DNA of 64,000 nt from Planctomycetota bacterium (lineage in GTDB: Bacteria; Planctomycetota; UBA1135; GCA-002748355), in assembly GCA_002685965.1 (NCBI GenBank), contig NYZE01000005.1:1712-65711 (forward strand), written 5' to 3'. A program made the position numbers and the translations under genes. Under the pieces are notes generated by a model that worked only from the letters and a program-made list of their open reading frames with translations, had not been told where the DNA came from and ran no database searches. Positions 1-9,640 of this stretch are shown in pieces. Within the stretch, counting starts at the first letter, position 1. Each line of letters opens with the position of its first letter.

Positions 1-1182
1 GGTCTCCTCGAACAGCCGCGCCGTCGCGTCCGTATTTGGCGTGCGGTCTCCGGCCGTCTCGTCGCCGACCAACTCGATGCCTTGCATGAGCCCCTTGCCG
101 CGCACGTCGCCGATCGTCTTGGGGAAGCGTTTCTGTAGTGCTTCGAGACCCTCGTGAAGTCGCGCGCCCTGGATCTCCGCATTCTCGGTCAGGTTCTCGC
201 CCTCGATGACGTCGATGGTCGCGTTCGCCGCGGCGCACGACATCGGGTTGCCGCCAAAGGTCGAGATGGACAGAGCCTGGAAAGCGTCGGCGATTTCGGG
301 CGTGGCGATCGTGACACCGAGCGGCATGCCGTTCGCGACCCCCTTGGCCATCGTCATGATCTCCGGCTCGACGCCCCAGTGCTCGATGCCGAACATCTTG
401 CTGCCGGTGCGGCCAAAGCCAGTCTGCACCTCGTCGCAGATGAACACGCCGCCGTGCTGGCGCACGATGTCGACGGCGATCGAGAAGTATTCTTTCGGTG
501 GCGTCACGAAGCCGCCGACGCCCTGGATCGGCTCGGCGAGGAAGCCGGCGATGTTGCCGGTCGTCGTCGTCTCGATCAGTTCCTTGAGATCGTGTGCGCA
601 CTTGACGTCGCACGACGGGTAGTCGAGCCCGAACGGGCAGCGATAGCAGTAAGGCGCCGGCGCGTGCTTGATGCCCGCAATCTGGGTTGGGATCGCGCGC
701 CAGTTGGAGTGTGCCGTCAGCGACTGCGCGAGGGTCGACCGCCCGGAGTAGCCGTGCCTGAGTGCGATGACCTCGCTGGCTCCCGTAAACACCTGCGCCA
801 GGACGACGGCCGTCTCGTCGGCCTCTGTCCCCGAAGCCGTGAGCATGCTCTTCTGCAGGCGGCCAGGTGTGATCCGAGCCAGCGTCTCACAGAGGTCGAC
901 GATCGGCAGAGTGGGGTAGAGCGTGGACACGTGACCAAGTCGGTCGATCTGTGCCTTCAAGGGCTCGGTCACCCGCGGGTCGCAGTGCCCGATAGAGACC
1001 GTCAGGATGCCACCAAAGAAGTCGAGGTATTCGCGCCCGTCGGTATCGCGGACGTGCGTGCCCTGGCCGCTCTCGAGCACCACGGACTCGGCGTAGTAGT
1101 TGGCGACCGAGGGGAGGAGGTACTTCGCGTGCTTGTTGCGGACCTCACCTGCCAGGTCGACATTTTGGTCGACGTCACTCAT
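1..1182 (-). CDS. Class III PLP aminotransferase (beta-alanine/beta-aminoisobutyrate:pyruvate, AGXT2-like); C-terminus lies outside window
   Basis: Absent from ORF track because no stop falls inside the window. Own translation from ATG at 1182-1180: MSDVDQNVDLAGEVRNKHAKYLLPSVANYYAESVVLESGQGTHVRDTDGREYLDFFGGI... Class III motifs FICDEVQTGFGRTG and MTMAKGVANG (PLP Lys). Start overlaps the stop of the upstream gene as ATGA (1182-1179). Confidence 0.85.
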   Translation of the reverse strand, partial: MSDVDQNVDLAGEVRNKHAKYLLPSVANYYAESVVLESGQGTHVRDTDGREYLDFFGGILTVSIGHCDPRVTEPLKAQIDRLGHVSTLYPTLPIVDLCETLARITPGRLQKSMLTASGTEADETAVVLAQVFTGASEVIALRHGYSGRSTLAQSLTAHSNWRAIPTQIAGIKHAPAPYCYRCPFGLDYPSCDVKCAHDLKELIETTTTGNIAGFLAEPIQGVGGFVTPPKEYFSIAVDIVRQHGGVFICDEVQTGFGRTGSKMFGIEHWGVEPEIMTMAKGVANGMPLGVTIATPEIADAFQALSISTFGGNPMSCAAANATIDVIEGENLTENAEIQGARLHEGLEALQKRFPKTIGDVRGKGLMQGIELVGDETAGDRTPNTDATARLFEET

Positions 1183-2573
1183 GACCACTCCCTCTGCAGT
1201 CGTTTGACGAACTGGCCACTGCCGGCGCGACCGGCAAACTCGCCGTTGTCGACAACGACCGCGCCACGCGATAGCACGGTCTCGCAGGAGCCCTTGACCT
1301 TGCGGCCTTCGTAGGCGCTGTAGTCGACGTTCATGTGGTGGGTGTCGACCGAGATCACGCTCTCCTTCTCGGTGTCGAAGATCACGATGTCGGCGTCGGA
1401 GCCCGGGGCGATCGTGCCCTTCTTCGGGAACAAGCCAAAGATCTTCGCCGGCGATGTCGACGTCAGCTCGACCCAGCGATTCATCGAGATGCGACCGGCC
1501 GCGACGCCGCCGTCGTAGGTCAGCACCATGCGGTGCTCGATTCCTGGTGCGCCGTTGGGGATCTTGGAGAAGTCGTCCTTGCCGAGTTGCTTGCCTTCCT
1601 TGAAGCAGAATGGGCAGTGATCGGTCGAGATCGCCTGCAGGTCGTTGTACTTGAGTCCACGCCAGAGGTCGGCCTGCGTCTCCTTGGCGCGGAGCGGCGG
1701 GCTCATGACGTACTTGGCGCCGCCGAAGTCCGGCTCTTCGTAGTTGTCGTCGCTCAGGAAGAGATACTGCGGGCAGGTCTCGGCGTAGACCGGCACGCCG
1801 CGGCCGCGGGCGCGCCCGACCTCGAGCAGCGCTTCTGCGGCGGAGAGGTGCACGATGTAGACCGGCACGTCGGCCATCTCGGCCAGACAGATCGCCCGGT
1901 GCGTTGCTTCGGCTTCGGCGCGTGGCGGCCGTGTCAGCGCGTGATAGCGCGGCTCGGTGTGCCCGGCTTTCAGCGCCTGCTCGATCAAGACGTCGATGAC
2001 GAGACCGTTCTCGGCGTGCATGCAGATCGTTGCGCCGATCTCCTTGCTGCGCTGCATCGCGCCGAAGATGCCCGCATCATCGACGTAGAAAACGCCGGGG
2101 TAGGCCATGAACAGCTTGAAGCTGGTCACGCCGGTGTCGACCATCGTGCCCATCTCCTTGCGCAAGCCTTCGTTGAACTCGCGCAGGATCATGTGGAAGC
2201 CGTAGTCGATCGCGGCCTTGCCCTCGGCTTTGCCCATCCAGGTGTCCCACGCCTGCTGCATCGGCAGGCCGTGTTCCTGGATCGCGAAGTCGATGACACA
2301 CGTCGTGCCGCCGTGCGCCGCCGCGATCGTTCCCGTCTTGAAGTCGTCGACCGAGAACGAGCCACCGAACGGCATGTCGAGGTGGGTGTGGCAGTCGATG
2401 CCGCCGGGGATCACGTGCTTGCCGGAGGCGTCGATGGTCTTGTCGACGGGCTGCTCGAGCGTTCCTGCCAGGTCGACGCCGACCGCGGCGACCGTTTCGC
2501 CGTCGATCAGAACGTCACCGACGTAGTGGTCCGTTGCGGTGACGATCGTGCCGCCGGTGATGAGCGTTCTCAT
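1179..2573 (-). CDS. Dihydropyrimidinase / D-hydantoinase (cyclic amidohydrolase)
   Basis: 464 aa. N-terminus MRTLITGGTIVTATD... with GGIDCHTHLDMPFGG metal-binding HxH motif, typical of the dihydropyrimidinase family. Sits inside a pyrimidine-catabolic operon. Confidence 0.9.
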   Translation of the reverse strand: MRTLITGGTIVTATDHYVGDVLIDGETVAAVGVDLAGTLEQPVDKTIDASGKHVIPGGIDCHTHLDMPFGGSFSVDDFKTGTIAAAHGGTTCVIDFAIQEHGLPMQQAWDTWMGKAEGKAAIDYGFHMILREFNEGLRKEMGTMVDTGVTSFKLFMAYPGVFYVDDAGIFGAMQRSKEIGATICMHAENGLVIDVLIEQALKAGHTEPRYHALTRPPRAEAEATHRAICLAEMADVPVYIVHLSAAEALLEVGRARGRGVPVYAETCPQYLFLSDDNYEEPDFGGAKYVMSPPLRAKETQADLWRGLKYNDLQAISTDHCPFCFKEGKQLGKDDFSKIPNGAPGIEHRMVLTYDGGVAAGRISMNRWVELTSTSPAKIFGLFPKKGTIAPGSDADIVIFDTEKESVISVDTHHMNVDYSAYEGRKVKGSCETVLSRGAVVVDNGEFAGRAGSGQFVKRLQREWS

Positions 2574-2583
2574 GCCGCGTCCT

Positions 2584-3456
2584 TCATGGCAGCAACTCGG
2601 TCATGTCGTGGTAGGTCTCGGGTCTCCGATCGCGATAGAACTGCCAGACTCGGCGCACCTCCTCGATCACGTCCAGGTCGAGGTCTGCCGTGATGAGCTC
2701 ACTTTCGTCCTCGCTGCCCTCCGCGAGGAACTTGCCGCGCGGATCGACGAAATAGCTCGAGCCGTAGAACTTGCCGAGGTTCCACGGCTCCTCTGTGCCG
2801 ACGCGGTTGATGCAGCCCATGTAGTAGCCGTTGGCGACGGCGTGCGCGGGTTGCTCGAGCTTCCACAGGTACTGCGACAGCCCGGCGACGGTCGCCGACG
2901 GGTTGAACACGACCTCGGCGCCGTTGAGGCCGAGCAGGCGCGCACCTTCCGGGAAGTGGCGGTCGTAGCAGATGTAGACGCCGACCTTGGCGTAGCGCGT
3001 CTCGAACACCGGATAGCCGAGGTTGCCCGGCTTGAAGAAGTACTTCTCCCAGAACCCCGAGGTGTGCGGGATGTGGATCTTGCGGTACTTACCCAGGTAG
3101 CTGCCGTCCGCGTCGATGACGGCGGCGGTGTTGTAGTAGACACCGGCTTGTTCGCGCTCGTAGACCGGCACGACCATGACCATCTCGTGCTTGCGCGCGT
3201 ACGGTTGCAGCGCTTCGAGCGTTGGGCCGGGGACTGGTTCGGCTGCGTCGTACCAGCGTTTGTCCTGTCCCGGGCAGAAGTAGGGACCGTTGAAGATCTC
3301 TTGCAGACACAGTATCTGCACGCCGGCTGCGCCGGCCTCTTCGATCAGCGGCAGGTGCGCTTCGAGCGCCGCTGCCTGGATGTCGGCAACCGGGCACGTC
3401 TCGTCATTGATCGGGTTCGCGCACTGGATCAGGCCGCCTTTGACGGTTCGTGTCAC
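2584..3456 (-). CDS. Beta-ureidopropionase / N-carbamoyl-beta-amino acid amidohydrolase (CN-hydrolase superfamily)
   Basis: 290 aa. Glu-Lys-Cys triad contexts LCLQEIF, YRKIHIP, VYICYDRHFPE. 10-bp gap to the dihydropyrimidinase gene. Confidence 0.85.
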   Translation of the reverse strand: MTRTVKGGLIQCANPINDETCPVADIQAAALEAHLPLIEEAGAAGVQILCLQEIFNGPYFCPGQDKRWYDAAEPVPGPTLEALQPYARKHEMVMVVPVYEREQAGVYYNTAAVIDADGSYLGKYRKIHIPHTSGFWEKYFFKPGNLGYPVFETRYAKVGVYICYDRHFPEGARLLGLNGAEVVFNPSATVAGLSQYLWKLEQPAHAVANGYYMGCINRVGTEEPWNLGKFYGSSYFVDPRGKFLAEGSEDESELITADLDLDVIEEVRRVWQFYRDRRPETYHDMTELLP

Positions 3457-3469
3457 GTTGCTAGTTCTC

Positions 3470-4909
3470 CTACCAGCGAGAGATGACGACCTTGCGGTCG
3501 GTATAGAAGTCGAACGCCTCGCGCCCGTGCGCTTTCAGGTCGCCGAAGAACGACCCCTTGGCGCCACCGAAGCCGAAGAACGACATCGGTGCTGCGACCC
3601 CGATATTGACGCCGGCCATGCTCGCGTCGATCTCGTAGCGGAACTTGCGCGCCGCGCCGCCGCTTTGTGTGAAGATCGAGCTCGCGTTGGCGAGCGGATG
3701 TTGCTTGGCCATGCTGATGGCCTCGTCGAGGTCGGTCGCTGGCATCAGGCAGAGCACCGGGCCGAAGATCTCGTCGTGGCCGACCTTCATGTCGGCGTTG
3801 ACGTTGTCGAACAGCGTCGGGCCGACGAAGTAGCCTTCGTCCGGGCCGTGACCGCGGCCGTCGACAACCAGTTCGGCGCCTTCCTGGACGCCTTGCTCGA
3901 TGTAGCCGAGCACGCGTTCCTTGGCGCCCTGTGAGATCACGGGGCCCATCGACGTGCCAGTGTCGGCGCCGTTGCCGACCTTCATCTGGCTGATGCGCTC
4001 GATCAGTCCGTTGCGGACCTCGTCGTGACAGGCGCCGACCGGGACCACGATGCTCGCGGCCAGGCAGCGCTCGCCAGCGCAGCCGTAGGCCGACTCGGTG
4101 ATCGCATCCAGCGCCGTGTCCATGTCCGCGTCGGGCATGATGAGCATGAAGTTCTTCGCGCCGCCGAGTGCCTGCACGCGCTTGCCCTTCGCGGCCGCGG
4201 TCTTGTAGACGTGCTCGGCGACCGGGCTCGAGCCCACGAACGAGATCCCCTTGATTAGCGGGTGCTCGCACAGCGCGTTGACGGTGTCCACGCCGCCTTG
4301 CACGAGGTTGAGCACGCCGGGCGGAAAGCCCGCTTCGTGCACGAGTTCCCAGACGAGCTTCTGGGTGAACGGCACCTGCTCGGATGGCTTGGAGATGAAG
4401 GTGTTGCCGCAGGCGGCCGCGAACGGGAAGAACCACATCGGCACCATGGCCGGGAAGTTGAACGGTGAGATGCAGGCGAAGACGCCCATCGGCTGGCGCA
4501 CCGACTCGCAGTCGATGCCGGTCGCGATGTCCTCGAGTGCTTGGCCCATGAGCAGTGAGGGTGCACCGCATGCCACTTCGACCATCTGGATGCCGCGGCG
4601 CACGCTGCCGAGTGCTTCCGACAGCGTCTTGCCGTTCTCGCGCGTGACGATCGTGGCGAGCTCCTCGGCGTTGTCCTCGAGCAGGCTCTTGAGCTTGAAG
4701 AGGTGCTGCACGCGGTTTTCCGCCGGCGTCTTACGCCAGGCCGAAAACGCTTCGTGCGCTGCAGTTGCGGCCAGGTCGACCTCGCTGGCGCCCCCGAGCG
4801 GAGTCAGTCCGATGACTTCGCCAGTAGCAGGGTTGCGTACCTCGTGGTGCGCATCGACGTCGACGTTTTGCCATTCGCCGTTGATGTAGTTCTGTAGGCG
4901 TTCGGGCAT
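3470..4909 (-). CDS. mmsA: Methylmalonate-semialdehyde / malonate-semialdehyde dehydrogenase (CoA-acylating)
   Basis: Track ORF 3470-4987. The family-typical N-terminus MPERLQNYINGEW begins at ATG 4909. Motifs FNFPAMVPMW, VGSSPVAEHV and catalytic Cys in GERCLAAS. Confidence 0.85.
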   Translation of the reverse strand: MPERLQNYINGEWQNVDVDAHHEVRNPATGEVIGLTPLGGASEVDLAATAAHEAFSAWRKTPAENRVQHLFKLKSLLEDNAEELATIVTRENGKTLSEALGSVRRGIQMVEVACGAPSLLMGQALEDIATGIDCESVRQPMGVFACISPFNFPAMVPMWFFPFAAACGNTFISKPSEQVPFTQKLVWELVHEAGFPPGVLNLVQGGVDTVNALCEHPLIKGISFVGSSPVAEHVYKTAAAKGKRVQALGGAKNFMLIMPDADMDTALDAITESAYGCAGERCLAASIVVPVGACHDEVRNGLIERISQMKVGNGADTGTSMGPVISQGAKERVLGYIEQGVQEGAELVVDGRGHGPDEGYFVGPTLFDNVNADMKVGHDEIFGPVLCLMPATDLDEAISMAKQHPLANASSIFTQSGGAARKFRYEIDASMAGVNIGVAAPMSFFGFGGAKGSFFGDLKAHGREAFDFYTDRKVVISRW

Positions 4910-5057
4910 CGCCAGTATCCGACACCTTGACGCGTTGCTTGGCAAGGGCTGGCTGTTCTGACGCAGACCCACGCAGGTGGGTCTCATGGGCGCAACGTGG
5001 GTGGGGGGGGATCGCTCGTCCTCGTGCTCGGCGATGGCGCCGGTGTGCAGGTTCGAA

Positions 5058-5086
5058 GCGCAGGATCGATGCGCAGGATCGATGCG
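5058..5086. repeat. Short intergenic tandem duplication, 13-bp unit gcgcaggatcgat x2 plus gcg
   Basis: Read directly: gcgcaggatcgat gcgcaggatcgat gcg, between the mmsA start and the tRNA-Ala 3' end. Confidence 0.9.
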
Positions 5087-5178
5087 TCGCTAGCTGGCCT
5101 TGCGCCCGCAGGCTTGGCTGTCCTCGCGGTCACCCATGGCCCCGAGGAGCGCGAGTCCGATGCCGTGCGAACCCAGGT

Positions 5179-5254
<76 letters not shown>

Positions 5255-5331
5255 ACACGCGGGCGCGCTCGAGCGCGTGGTCGCAGCGGGTCGCGGCATC
5301 CCGGGAAGGATGGTCGCGTCGCAGGCGGAGA

Positions 5332-5359
5332 ACATTAGCCGGGCGGACTTCCGCGTCAA
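5332..5359 (-). promoter_or_regulatory. Candidate sigma70-type promoter for tRNA-Ala (TTGACG-16 nt-TAATGT)
   Basis: Minus strand reads ggTTGACGcggaagtccgcccggcTAATGTtctcc, about 75 nt upstream of the mature tRNA 5' end. Pattern match only. Confidence 0.3.
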
Positions 5360-5699
5360 CCGTGCGAGCGGTGTCGGCGCTGCAACCGCTGTGCTTTACT
5401 CCGGTTGGCGCAAGGGCTAGGCTCAAGACGAACCGTCGGCGGTGGGTCCAGGGAGGATCCGTGCGCCGTCCCTGGGCTTACCGGGGAGCAGGTCGGGGAG
5501 GGCCTGATGGGCGATGAGTTGTCGGCACACGGTGAACGAGGGAAGTCGCTTCGATCCATACCAGGATTGGCGGTGAGCAGCGTTCGGCGGGCGGCAGGCG
5601 TTCGACAAGGCGCTCGGGGTTCCTCCCGGATCATTCAGGATGACGGAGCCGCGGTCGGCCGTCGCAGAGCTTCCGCTCCCAGGAAGGGAGGCAACGAAC

Positions 5700-6575
5700 A
5701 TGGTTAGGAAGAGTTCTTTCTTGGACAAGCTCTTCGGCAAGCGCAAGGACGTGTCCCAGCTGGAGGAGTCCAAGGCCGACGTGGGTGTCCTGTTGGACAA
5801 GCGCGGGCGTCCGACGCACAAACACGGTCGGAAAGCCGATGTCGGACCGGTCGCGAATCCGCCAACGGCCGCAGCCCCTGGCGTCGACCGGACCAAGCCG
5901 ACCAACGGCGGCAGTGGCGGCGGGGTTCCCCCGGGGGGCCAGCCGGCAACGATGCACCTCGGCAAGCGGGAAGCCACGAACGCTCTCGTGGATGGGTTCC
6001 AGGACCTGTCCGCCCTGCTGCGCGGCCTCGATCGTCGCATGGAGCAGCAAGGCCAGCGAACCGGTGACCTCAACGAGAAGTTCACCGAGCTGCCGGCGAT
6101 GGCGCGGGCCCAGGTCGACTTCATGTCGCAAGTGTCGCGACAACTGTCGGACCAGAAGCAGCGCACGGGCGAGCTTCTGTCCAAGCTCACGGGGCTTCCG
6201 GCCTTGTTTGAGGGCATTCACAAGACGCTCGAGCGGCAGGCTGCGACCGAAGAACGCACCGAGAAGAACCTCACGGACTTTCGCCAGACGATGGACCGGA
6301 TCCACGAGTCGATCGGCACGCTCGCCAAGGGCAATCAAAAGGCGATCAAGGACACGACCGAGTCCTTCGAGCGGTCGAGTACGCGCACGACGCGGGCCTT
6401 CGAGGAGACGCAGAAGCAGGCCTACACGAGCTTCGAAAAGACCCAGTCGGCCCAGCTGGGCCAGCTGGGTCAGATGATCGAAAGCTCGACCCGCGTCAAC
6501 CGCTGGATGATCGTGACGATGGTCATCGTTGCGTTCACGCTCGTTGCCCTCTTGGCGACTCTGGTCTCGCGCTAG
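5700..6575 (+). CDS. Hypothetical tail-anchored coiled-coil protein with Gly/Pro-rich linker
   Basis: Track ORF 5640-6575. ATG at 5700 is preceded by a strong SD (GGAAGGGAGG, 8 nt upstream). MVRKSSFLDKLFGKRK..., a long heptad-like Q/E/K/T-rich region, and a single C-terminal TM (WMIVTMVIVAFTLVALLATLV). No family recognised. Confidence 0.6.
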   Translation: MVRKSSFLDKLFGKRKDVSQLEESKADVGVLLDKRGRPTHKHGRKADVGPVANPPTAAAPGVDRTKPTNGGSGGGVPPGGQPATMHLGKREATNALVDGFQDLSALLRGLDRRMEQQGQRTGDLNEKFTELPAMARAQVDFMSQVSRQLSDQKQRTGELLSKLTGLPALFEGIHKTLERQAATEERTEKNLTDFRQTMDRIHESIGTLAKGNQKAIKDTTESFERSSTRTTRAFEETQKQAYTSFEKTQSAQLGQLGQMIESSTRVNRWMIVTMVIVAFTLVALLATLVSR

Positions 6576-6641
6576 TGCACGAACACCGGAGGACCGGCGT
6601 AGACCGGTCCTCGCGGGACGTTCCCGTGGTAAAACGCAGGC

Positions 6642-7994
6642 ATGCTGGCACGCGACCAAGCGAAGACGTTTTGTGAACGCGTCCTAAGCCGCGCCGATGG
6701 CGATGAGATCGAAGTCATCGTCGGCGCGTCTGAAAGCAACGCGCTTCGCATGGCGGAAAGCGCGCCCAGCGAGCAGAACGCGAGCACCCGCGTGCGCTGT
6801 TCGATCCGAGTCGTGCGCGACGGTCGCCACGGGCGCGCCGAGGTAGAGTCGCTCGGCGATGCGGCCATCGATCGCACGATCGCGGCCGCGCGCGCGGCCG
6901 CGGCCGCGACACCGGTGTCGAGCTTGCCGCCGTTCGCCGGTGCGTCGACTGGCGACGACGGTGGGCAGCCCGAGGATGCGGTGCGCGCCGTTGCTGGCCA
7001 TGCGCCCGCCGCCAAGGTGGCCCAAGTGCGGGGCTACCTCGATCGCGTGCGTGCGAGCGGCGCCGTGGCGACCGGTTTCTACGAGACGAAGGGCGAGTCC
7101 GTCACGTATGCGAACACGGCCGGCTGCTTCCGGCATGCCTTCCAGGGTCGCTCGTGGTTTTCGTCGACTGTCCTCGCTGACGACGGTGCCGGTGTCGCAC
7201 ACGCAGGCGCGACCGGTGAGAATCTCGCGCCCGACCGGATCGATGCTGCTGGCCAACGCGCGCTCGACAAGGCGCTCTCTTCGCGCGCGACGCGCAATAT
7301 CGATCCCGGCGACTACCGAGTCCTGCTCGAACCGATCGCCGTTGCCGAGCTCGTCATGTTCGTGTCGTGGACGGGGATGAGCGGGCGACGGCTGCTCGAT
7401 GGTGCATCGTTCCTCTCGGGCAAGATCGGCGAGCGAGTGCTGTCGGAGCAGCTGACGATCAGGGACGACGCCGGCGACGCGCGCTTCCGTTCGCCGCGCT
7501 TCGACTTGGAAGGGCAAGATCGGCGCGCTGTCACGATCGTCGATGCTGGCATCGGCAAGGGCGTCGTCTGGGACCGCGCGACGGCGCTCGAGGGCCAAAC
7601 CGAAACCACTGGCCATGCGATGCCGCAGCCATGTGCGAGCGGCCCCGAGCCGGACAACGTGATCATGGAAGCGGCGAACGGTGTCGAGTCCGACATGCTG
7701 GCGCGACTCGGCAACGGCCTCCTGGTCACCCAGTTTCACTACACGAACGTGATCGATCCGGTTCCCGTCACGGTGACCGGTATGACACGCAACGGTACGT
7801 TCCTGGTCGAGAACGGCGAGATCGTTGGGCCGGTCAAGAACATGCGCTTCACCCAGAGCATCATTGCGGCGCTGACCAACGTGGATGCCGTGGGCGATGA
7901 CTCGTCGCTTGTCGATGTCTTCTTTGGCGGCACATGCCTTGTTCCGTCGCTGTTGTTGCCCGCGTTCCGCTTCACGAGCGCGACGGAGTTTTGA
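6642..7994 (+). CDS. pmbA: PmbA/TldE-like member of the TldD/PmbA metalloprotease family (no HExxxH seen)
   Basis: 450 aa with a family-like C-terminal half (GHAMPQP..., NGTFLVENGEIVGPVKNMRFT). Immediately precedes tldD with a 2-bp gap. Confidence 0.7.
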   Translation: MLARDQAKTFCERVLSRADGDEIEVIVGASESNALRMAESAPSEQNASTRVRCSIRVVRDGRHGRAEVESLGDAAIDRTIAAARAAAAATPVSSLPPFAGASTGDDGGQPEDAVRAVAGHAPAAKVAQVRGYLDRVRASGAVATGFYETKGESVTYANTAGCFRHAFQGRSWFSSTVLADDGAGVAHAGATGENLAPDRIDAAGQRALDKALSSRATRNIDPGDYRVLLEPIAVAELVMFVSWTGMSGRRLLDGASFLSGKIGERVLSEQLTIRDDAGDARFRSPRFDLEGQDRRAVTIVDAGIGKGVVWDRATALEGQTETTGHAMPQPCASGPEPDNVIMEAANGVESDMLARLGNGLLVTQFHYTNVIDPVPVTVTGMTRNGTFLVENGEIVGPVKNMRFTQSIIAALTNVDAVGDDSSLVDVFFGGTCLVPSLLLPAFRFTSATEF

Positions 7995-7996
7995 GC

Positions 7997-9448
7997 ATGC
8001 TCGCCGACCACGAAGCCATGGCCGCACCGGCGCTGGAATGTGCTGAGAACGCGGGAGCCAGCTACGCCGACGTGCGCATCGTCGAGGAACGGGAGCGAAC
8101 GATCGGCGTTCGCCTCGGTGAGGTCGGTCAGATCCGCCAGAGCGAGAGCCTCGGCACCGGCGTGCGGGTGCTCGTCGATGGCGCCTGGGGCTACGCCGCT
8201 GCGCCCGACCCGACGAGTGACAACGTGCTCGCGTTGTGTCAGCGGGCGCTCGCGCAGGCCCGAGCCAGCGCCACCGCGCGTCCAGAGCCGGTCGTACTGG
8301 CACCAAACGTTGCCGCACGCGGCTCCTGGCAGTCGCCGTTCAAAGAAGACCCGTTCGAGATGTCGCTCGACCAGCAGTTCGCGACGTTGTTCGAAGCTGA
8401 TGCGGTCCTGCGCAGGGCGCCCGAGATTCGTTCGACGAGCGGGCAGATGAGCTTCATCCGCGAACGCCAATGCCTGTTCACGAGCGACGGCACGGCCGTC
8501 GAGCAGGATGCGCTGCGTTCCGGCGCAGGCATTGCCGCGACTGCGGTCGGGGCGGGCGAGGTGCAGACCCGCAGCTACCCCGCGGCGTTCGGTGGGCAGT
8601 ACCTGCAAGGCGGCTACGAGGTCGTGCGCTCGTTCGATCTCGTCGGCAATGCGGAGCGCGTGCGCGAGGAGGCGGTCGAGCTGCTCTCGGCACCGCAGTG
8701 CCCGGCCGGAGTCCATGACCTCGTGCTGGGCGGTAGTCAACTCGCGCTACAGATTCACGAGAGCGTCGGCCATCCAAACGAGTTCGACCGCGTGCTCGGC
8801 TTTGAGGCCGACATGGCGGGGCGCAGCTTCGTCACTCCGGAGAAGCGCAACACGTTCGTCTACGGTTCACCGATCGTCAACCTCGTCGCCGACTGCACCT
8901 TGCCAGGCGGGTTGTCGACGTTCGGCTGGGACGATGACGGCGTCGCAGCGCAGCGCTGGCACGTCGTCGAGGATGGTGTGCATCGAAACTACCTGACCAA
9001 CCGCGAGTTCGCGACGCGACTCGGCGACGCTGCCAGCTTTGGCGCCAACCGGGCCCAGGGTTGGGCCTATCCACCGCAGATTCGTATTCCGAACCTGTCA
9101 CTCATGCCGGGCTCGGGTGCCCCGGAGGATCTCGTTGCCGGCATCGCCCACGGATTCTTCCTCGACACGGTCAAGACCTGGTCGATCGATCAGATGCGCC
9201 TCAACTTCCAGTTCACTTGCGAGATCGCGCACGAGATCAAGGACGGTGAGCTCGGCGCGATCTACAAGAACCCGACCTACCAAGGCATTACCCCGGCCTT
9301 CTGGGGTTCCTGTGACGGGATCGCGGGTCCCGAGCACTGGGTTCCATGGGGAGTCCCCAACTGCGGCAAGGGTCAGCCCATGCAGGTCGCGGAGATGAGT
9401 CACGGTTGTGCGCCGGCGCGGTTTCGCGCCGTGACGTTCGTGGCTTGA
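7997..9448 (+). CDS. tldD: TldD-like zinc metalloprotease
   Basis: Track ORF 7934-9448. ATG at 7997 gives MLADHEAMAAPALECAENAGASYADVRIVE. HExxxH motif in LQIHESVGHPNEFD; GWDDDGV and MSHGCAPARF are family-typical. Confidence 0.8.
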   Translation: MLADHEAMAAPALECAENAGASYADVRIVEERERTIGVRLGEVGQIRQSESLGTGVRVLVDGAWGYAAAPDPTSDNVLALCQRALAQARASATARPEPVVLAPNVAARGSWQSPFKEDPFEMSLDQQFATLFEADAVLRRAPEIRSTSGQMSFIRERQCLFTSDGTAVEQDALRSGAGIAATAVGAGEVQTRSYPAAFGGQYLQGGYEVVRSFDLVGNAERVREEAVELLSAPQCPAGVHDLVLGGSQLALQIHESVGHPNEFDRVLGFEADMAGRSFVTPEKRNTFVYGSPIVNLVADCTLPGGLSTFGWDDDGVAAQRWHVVEDGVHRNYLTNREFATRLGDAASFGANRAQGWAYPPQIRIPNLSLMPGSGAPEDLVAGIAHGFFLDTVKTWSIDQMRLNFQFTCEIAHEIKDGELGAIYKNPTYQGITPAFWGSCDGIAGPEHWVPWGVPNCGKGQPMQVAEMSHGCAPARFRAVTFVA

Positions 9449-9640
9449 AGTCGCGCTAACCGCCTGCAGCGCCCCGGCGTCGGCCCCAAAGGCTCGGATT
9501 ACGGCTTCAGAGCGCCGAGTGCTTGAACAGTCTCCCTCGTTTGCACGCTCCGTGCCATTGCGGCTTCCCTGCACCTTCAAGGAAGTGCTTTGCGGTCGGC
9601 CGAAAGAGACTCCGTCGGAACGGTTAGAGACACAGCGTAG

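Noticed and set aside
154-2693. Long plus-strand track ORFs (154-1314, 386 aa; 1335-2693, 452 aa), together with similar ones at 6684-8318, 9098-10417, 10952-11971, 15760-region shadows, 36852-37865, 45780-46979 and 47515-48846
   Set aside because: They are Arg/Ala/Gly/Pro-rich with no recognisable motifs. Each lies antisense to, or out of frame with, ORFs that have clear family signatures and high third-position GC. These are classic shadow ORFs of high-GC DNA.
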